This document shows positions 60,268 to 64,000 of a DNA stretch of 64,000 bases, piece after piece. The stretch is from positions 1-64,000 of the forward strand of contig JAGSHN010000004.1 in the NCBI GenBank assembly GCA_029855935.1, given 5' to 3'. A program made the translations under genes and the position numbers. The stretch is from Candidatus Thorarchaeota archaeon (lineage in GTDB: Archaea; Asgardarchaeota; Thorarchaeia; Thorarchaeales; Thorarchaeaceae). Within the stretch, counting starts at the first letter, position 1. Each line of letters begins with the position of its first letter. The notes under the pieces were generated by a model that worked only from the letters and a program-made list of their open reading frames with translations, had not been told where the DNA came from and did no database searches.

Positions 60268-60705
60268 ATGTCAGAGGTCGCAGCTACACGGGCTTTCAAT
60301 AGAGAGATGGCATCGGTCATCGGTGCAACCGTAGAGGTTGTCACAAACACTGGGAAGACATACAAGGGGACCCTAAAGGGCGTGGATCAGAACACTCTGA
60401 GCATTGTACTGGCCGATGTGACGACCGGGGACGATGAGGAGACCAAGATCCCCCGTATATTCATCTACGGGAACAGCATTGTTTCGTTCTCCGTCACCGA
60501 GAAAGAGGTCAGTCTGGAGGGTCTTGCTAGAGAGCTCGAAAAGGTGTTCCCACCAGGTGGCGTGAGGTTCTTCCCGGACACGGGTGTCATCGTGGTGATG
60601 AACAAGATTCGGGTCACTCCAGAGGGTGTAGATGGGTCGGGTCCGTTGTACGAGCGGGTCGCAGCCATCGCCAAGCAGTGGATGGAAGAACACGGGCTCG
60701 AATGA
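60268..60705 (+). CDS. LSm protein with C-terminal Lsm_C domain (SmAP3 type)
   Basis: GKTYKGTLKGVD..LSIVL, IFIYGNSI; C-domain FPPGGV..GVIVVMNKIRV..GVDGSGPL.ERV. Confidence 0.9.
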   Translation: MSEVAATRAFNREMASVIGATVEVVTNTGKTYKGTLKGVDQNTLSIVLADVTTGDDEETKIPRIFIYGNSIVSFSVTEKEVSLEGLARELEKVFPPGGVRFFPDTGVIVVMNKIRVTPEGVDGSGPLYERVAAIAKQWMEEHGLE

Positions 60706-60845
60706 TTGACTGGACTGGCAACAGGGTGATGATAGAAGAACGAAACAGTCCATAGTGGGATTACAGCTGCGACTACGACCGTTTCACTCACCAGTCATCT
60801 GCCGAGCGCGGCCCTCTCACGAGTGATTGGGCTGGTCCAGTTCAT

Positions 60846-62141
60846 TCATTCTTCGAACAGTTTCCGCACTCCGAGATCCTTAAGCCCCTTGCGGGCGTGG
60901 GCCACCACAGGTGCCTTGGATGTTTCGCCCGGTGGAGTACGTCGTCTTGGCCGAAGCCGGTCTTCCCAGACGGAGGACGGACTCACTGGAAGCTTACCTA
61001 TCTGGCCAAGGTCAGCCCTGATCTTGCGAGGGTCAATCGTACCTGCAGAGCCTGTGCTGCTGAGAAGACCCAATTGGCTCAGGCGATCCCTCGACTGAGA
61101 GAGGCTTGACCTCCGTTTTGTGTCATCTGTTGCCCTTGGCAGCAACTGGGGACTCTTCACCCCCGTGAGGATGAGCATCACACGTAACACCCCACTCAAT
61201 CGTGGGTCCACCCGAGCACCCCAGATGACCTGGGCGTTGGAACTCATCTTCTCAGACACTATCGCACCCACACGGTTCGCCTCGGCAAGGGACATGTCCG
61301 GGCCCCCAGTTATGTGAATCAGAGCACCCGTCGCTCCCGCCCACTCGACCTCAAGAAGTGGACTCTCAAGAGCATTCTTGATCGCCTGTTCTGCACGATT
61401 CTCGCCAGAGGCCTCACCGACACCCACCAGTGCCACTCCGCCATTACAGATGATGGAGCGAACATCTGCATAGTCTAGGTTGATCAGGCTGGGGAGGGTG
61501 ATGGTTTCGGTGATGCCCTTGACCATTCCTGCAAGAACCTCGTCAGCGATTCCAAATGCCTCCTCAAGAGGGAGGTCTGGCACAAGTTCCATCAGCTTCT
61601 GGTTGTCTATTACCACAACTGTGTCGGCATACTCCTGTAGTTTCGCAAGACCTGCCTTTGCCTTGTCAATCCGTGTGCGCTCCAGACTGAATGGCATTGT
61701 GACAACACCGACAACGATTGCGTCGTTGCGTTTTGCAATCTCGGCCACCACTGGTGCGCTGCCAGTCCCAGTCCCACCGCCCATCCCACAGGCGATAAAA
61801 ACAAGGTCGGCGTCGCGTACTAGTTCTGCAATCTGCGGGGCCGACTCCTCAGCAGCAGCACGACCTACGTGAGGATATCCGCCAGCGCCCAGACCTCTCG
61901 TTATGCGTTCACCGATGAGGAGCTTGCGATGCGCGGGTGTGATGGCGAGATGTTGCTTGTCAGTGTTGATTGCGATGCACTCTGCACCTTGGACCCCAAT
62001 CGTCATCAGCCGGCGAATCGTGTTGTTGCCTCCGCCCCCACATCCAATCACGACAATCCTTGCCTGGCCCACGTCACGGGCGGGTGTCGATCCTCTCTCA
62101 AGCCGACTGTGTTCCCTTGCCGATTCTATGAAGGACCTCAT
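60846..62141 (-). CDS. ftsZ: Cell division protein FtsZ (FtsZ2-like context)
   Basis: GCGGGGNN, INTD, GMGGGTGTG, INLDYAD, WGARVD. Confidence 0.97.
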   Translation of the reverse strand: MRSFIESAREHSRLERGSTPARDVGQARIVVIGCGGGGNNTIRRLMTIGVQGAECIAINTDKQHLAITPAHRKLLIGERITRGLGAGGYPHVGRAAAEESAPQIAELVRDADLVFIACGMGGGTGTGSAPVVAEIAKRNDAIVVGVVTMPFSLERTRIDKAKAGLAKLQEYADTVVVIDNQKLMELVPDLPLEEAFGIADEVLAGMVKGITETITLPSLINLDYADVRSIICNGGVALVGVGEASGENRAEQAIKNALESPLLEVEWAGATGALIHITGGPDMSLAEANRVGAIVSEKMSSNAQVIWGARVDPRLSGVLRVMLILTGVKSPQLLPRATDDTKRRSSLSQSRDRLSQLGLLSSTGSAGTIDPRKIRADLGQIGKLPVSPSSVWEDRLRPRRRTPPGETSKAPVVAHARKGLKDLGVRKLFEE

Positions 62142-62323
62142 TGTGCATTGCCCTCACTGTGGACTCTTAGTCCCGCATTGCCACGTTCCCAGAGCTCTCT
62201 CTTGAGAAGATCCCGAATGGCAATTCGGATAGTCTCGGATCGGTTCGGATAACGACCGTTCTGTACAAGCCGCTCAATATCCTCGACTATCTTCTCAGGC
62301 AGGTGTACGGCAATCAATCGCAT
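62138..62323 (-). CDS. cdrS: Ribbon-helix-helix regulator CdrS-like
   Basis: LIAVHLP..IERLV..GRYPNRSETIRIAIRDLL; ATGA-coupled to ftsZ. Confidence 0.85.
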   Translation of the reverse strand: MRLIAVHLPEKIVEDIERLVQNGRYPNRSETIRIAIRDLLKRELWERGNAGLRVHSEGNAQ

Positions 62324-62447
62324 GGACAGTCCTCAGAATCGACTGGGAGCATGTGACATTTGGATATGTGTAATACCCGTGAGGAGATGAGGTCGGGAGA
62401 AAAGAAAGATGGATTGTGTGGAGAACGAGATCAGCTCGTTCTCCAGA

Positions 62448-63170
62448 CTACCTCGTCTTGCGTCCTGTGCGTCGTGCCGCAATATTCCCGACCTTGCGGC
62501 CAGGCGGTGCGTGACGGCTCACAGTTGTGGGGCGTCCAGGAGACTGATGAGAACCACCACCGTGCGGATGCGAACACGCATTCATTGCGGCTCCACGTAC
62601 GATGGGCCACTTGCGGGCCTTTGGACGTGTATGGTGATACTTGGCGCCGGCCTTGAGAAATGGCTTCTCTGGACGGCCGCCGCCTGCAACAATGCCGATA
62701 GTTGCTCTGCACCTCGGACTGAAGGCCTTCTGCCGACCGCTGGGCAGCTTCACAATGGCCTTTGACTTGTCAATCGAGACTATCGTTGCGGACAGACCGG
62801 ACGCACGGACAAACTTCCCACCATCACCGGGTGAGCCCTCTATGTTGAAGATGGGCGTTCCCTCAGGAATATGCTCAAGCATGAGGGTGTTGCCGTTGGC
62901 TATTGCAGCGTTCGGTCCACACTCGACCATCTGACCAACATAGACGCCCTCGGGAGCAACCATGTAGTGGAGCTTCTTCTCGCCCTCGTACTTGATCTCG
63001 GCGATAGGAGCACCACGACCCGGCTCATGGTAGAGGCCAACAACCTTGCCCACGTACGTCTTGTCAGGGGACCACTTGGGATGCCGGACAGGAGCAATTC
63101 GGAGGTGGCGGCGGTTGCGCCACTGGGTGGTGCCACGTCCCTTTCGCTGGACTAGAACTCTCTTACCCAT
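62448..63170 (-). CDS. rpl2: 50S ribosomal protein uL2
   Basis: MGKR..QRKGRG, HEPGRGAP, WP.VRG.AMN..HPHGGG. Confidence 0.97.
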   Translation of the reverse strand: MGKRVLVQRKGRGTTQWRNRRHLRIAPVRHPKWSPDKTYVGKVVGLYHEPGRGAPIAEIKYEGEKKLHYMVAPEGVYVGQMVECGPNAAIANGNTLMLEHIPEGTPIFNIEGSPGDGGKFVRASGLSATIVSIDKSKAIVKLPSGRQKAFSPRCRATIGIVAGGGRPEKPFLKAGAKYHHTRPKARKWPIVRGAAMNACSHPHGGGSHQSPGRPTTVSRHAPPGRKVGNIAARRTGRKTR

Positions 63171-63182
63171 TTCTGCACCTCC

Positions 63183-63449
63183 TTAGTATATGCCAAGCTT
63201 GGTCGCCAGGTCGACTGCACTGTACTCCGGTGCAAGCCGGACGAAGGCCTTCTTGCGACCATCGGGAAGAATCAGCGTATTGACCTTCTCAACGACCACG
63301 TCGTACAGTGTTTCAACAGCCCACCTTATCATGCTCTTGTTGGCCGTCCGGGCGACATAGAATATGAGCTTGTTCTCGTTGTCCACAGCGTTCAGGCCGG
63401 CCTCGGTGGTGACAGGACCAAGGATTATCTGGTTCGGATCTACCATCAC
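63183..63449 (-). CDS. rpl23: 50S ribosomal protein uL23
   Basis: ENKLIF.V..ANK..I..AVE.LY.V..KVNT, KKAFVRL. Confidence 0.95.
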   Translation of the reverse strand: MMVDPNQIILGPVTTEAGLNAVDNENKLIFYVARTANKSMIRWAVETLYDVVVEKVNTLILPDGRKKAFVRLAPEYSAVDLATKLGIY

Positions 63450-63459
63450 ATATCACCTC

Positions 63460-64000
63460 TCACAGGAACAGTTTCTCCTTTTCCAGACGCTCGATGGCCG
63501 ACTTGGTCCAGACCACGAGTCTGCCGGGATGAGTACCCGGTGCCAGTAGCTCTACATTCAGACCGTGAACCTCGACCACATCAACGCCGGGCAGATTGCG
63601 TGCACCAAGCCCGATTCCACGGTCCTCGCCGACCACAATGAGGAATGACTTTGGCGTCTTCATTCTGCGGCCACGCATCTTCCCCTTACCAGCACGTACC
63701 TTACGGCCTCTCACCGCACGGTCCAGGTCCTCATCGAGTCCAAGCGCCCGGACAAAGTCCATGACCGCCTTGGTCGATGAGAGGGTCTCCAGTTCATCAC
63801 TCACCACAAGGGGGATGCTAGGCACCCCAGAAACGCGATGGCCGCGCTCGGCCACGTGCTGCTTGTTGGCCGTCGCGGCTATGGCAGACCGTATGGCCAG
63901 CCGTCGCTCTTTCTTGTTGATACGTTCCACAAGCACCTTTCGGGCCTCGGGAGGATGAGCCACCCTGCCCCCAACGGTGCCGGGTGCGAATGCACCCTGA
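63460..64000 (-). CDS. rpl4: 50S ribosomal protein uL4, 3' part (runs off window)
   Basis: GTVGGRVAHPP, INKKERR.AI.SA, RAGKGKMRGR, LAPG.HPGRL. Confidence 0.96.
   Translation of the reverse strand, partial: QGAFAPGTVGGRVAHPPEARKVLVERINKKERRLAIRSAIAATANKQHVAERGHRVSGVPSIPLVVSDELETLSSTKAVMDFVRALGLDEDLDRAVRGRKVRAGKGKMRGRRMKTPKSFLIVVGEDRGIGLGARNLPGVDVVEVHGLNVELLAPGTHPGRLVVWTKSAIERLEKEKLFL

Noticed and set aside
60725-60790. Hammerhead-like TGATGA...GAAAC
   Set aside because: C3 is G and stem II cannot form
1-64000. CRISPR arrays, IS elements, integrases or att duplications at tRNAs
   Set aside because: No spaced repeats, transposase or integrase ORFs, or duplicated tRNA 3' ends seen by eye

Overview
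Core-genome region of a GC-rich archaeon, most likely Asgard (Thorarchaeota-like; inferred from gene content and protein character, not from a database search). It opens in the 5' end and leader of a 16S rRNA gene (minus strand) and carries five tRNAs (Ala-CGC, Leu-CAA with intron, Ile-GAT, Pro-TGG with intron, Thr-GGT). Replication/repair: cdc6 with a candidate ORB-containing origin, RPA14, PCNA, PriS, GINS51, NurA, HerA, PolX. Transcription/RNA: Csl4, Rpo11, TFS, TFE-beta/C34-like, two Sm/LSm genes, KEOPS (Kae1, Bud32, Pcc1), FAU-1, Trm1, RlmE, Gar1, SRP19. Translation: ValS, uS15, uL2, uL23, partial uL4. Division: cdrS-ftsZ. Metabolism: hdrCBA-hdrA/mvhD cluster with a wHTH-ferredoxin protein and acyl-CoA dehydrogenase, Ftr/FwdC/Mch, acs plus acetate permease, KorB/C, GH31, pyrH/pyrG/pyrB. 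No transposon, CRISPR array or provirus was seen. The main unexplained signal is a set of compact multi-helix intergenic elements (about 563-660, 35608-35713, 60070-60224) whose 5' ends each sit about 26-27 nt from a TATA-like box; two flank the two Sm/LSm genes, suggesting undescribed Sm-linked small RNAs. All RNA structures were folded by eye and need computational and experimental confirmation.
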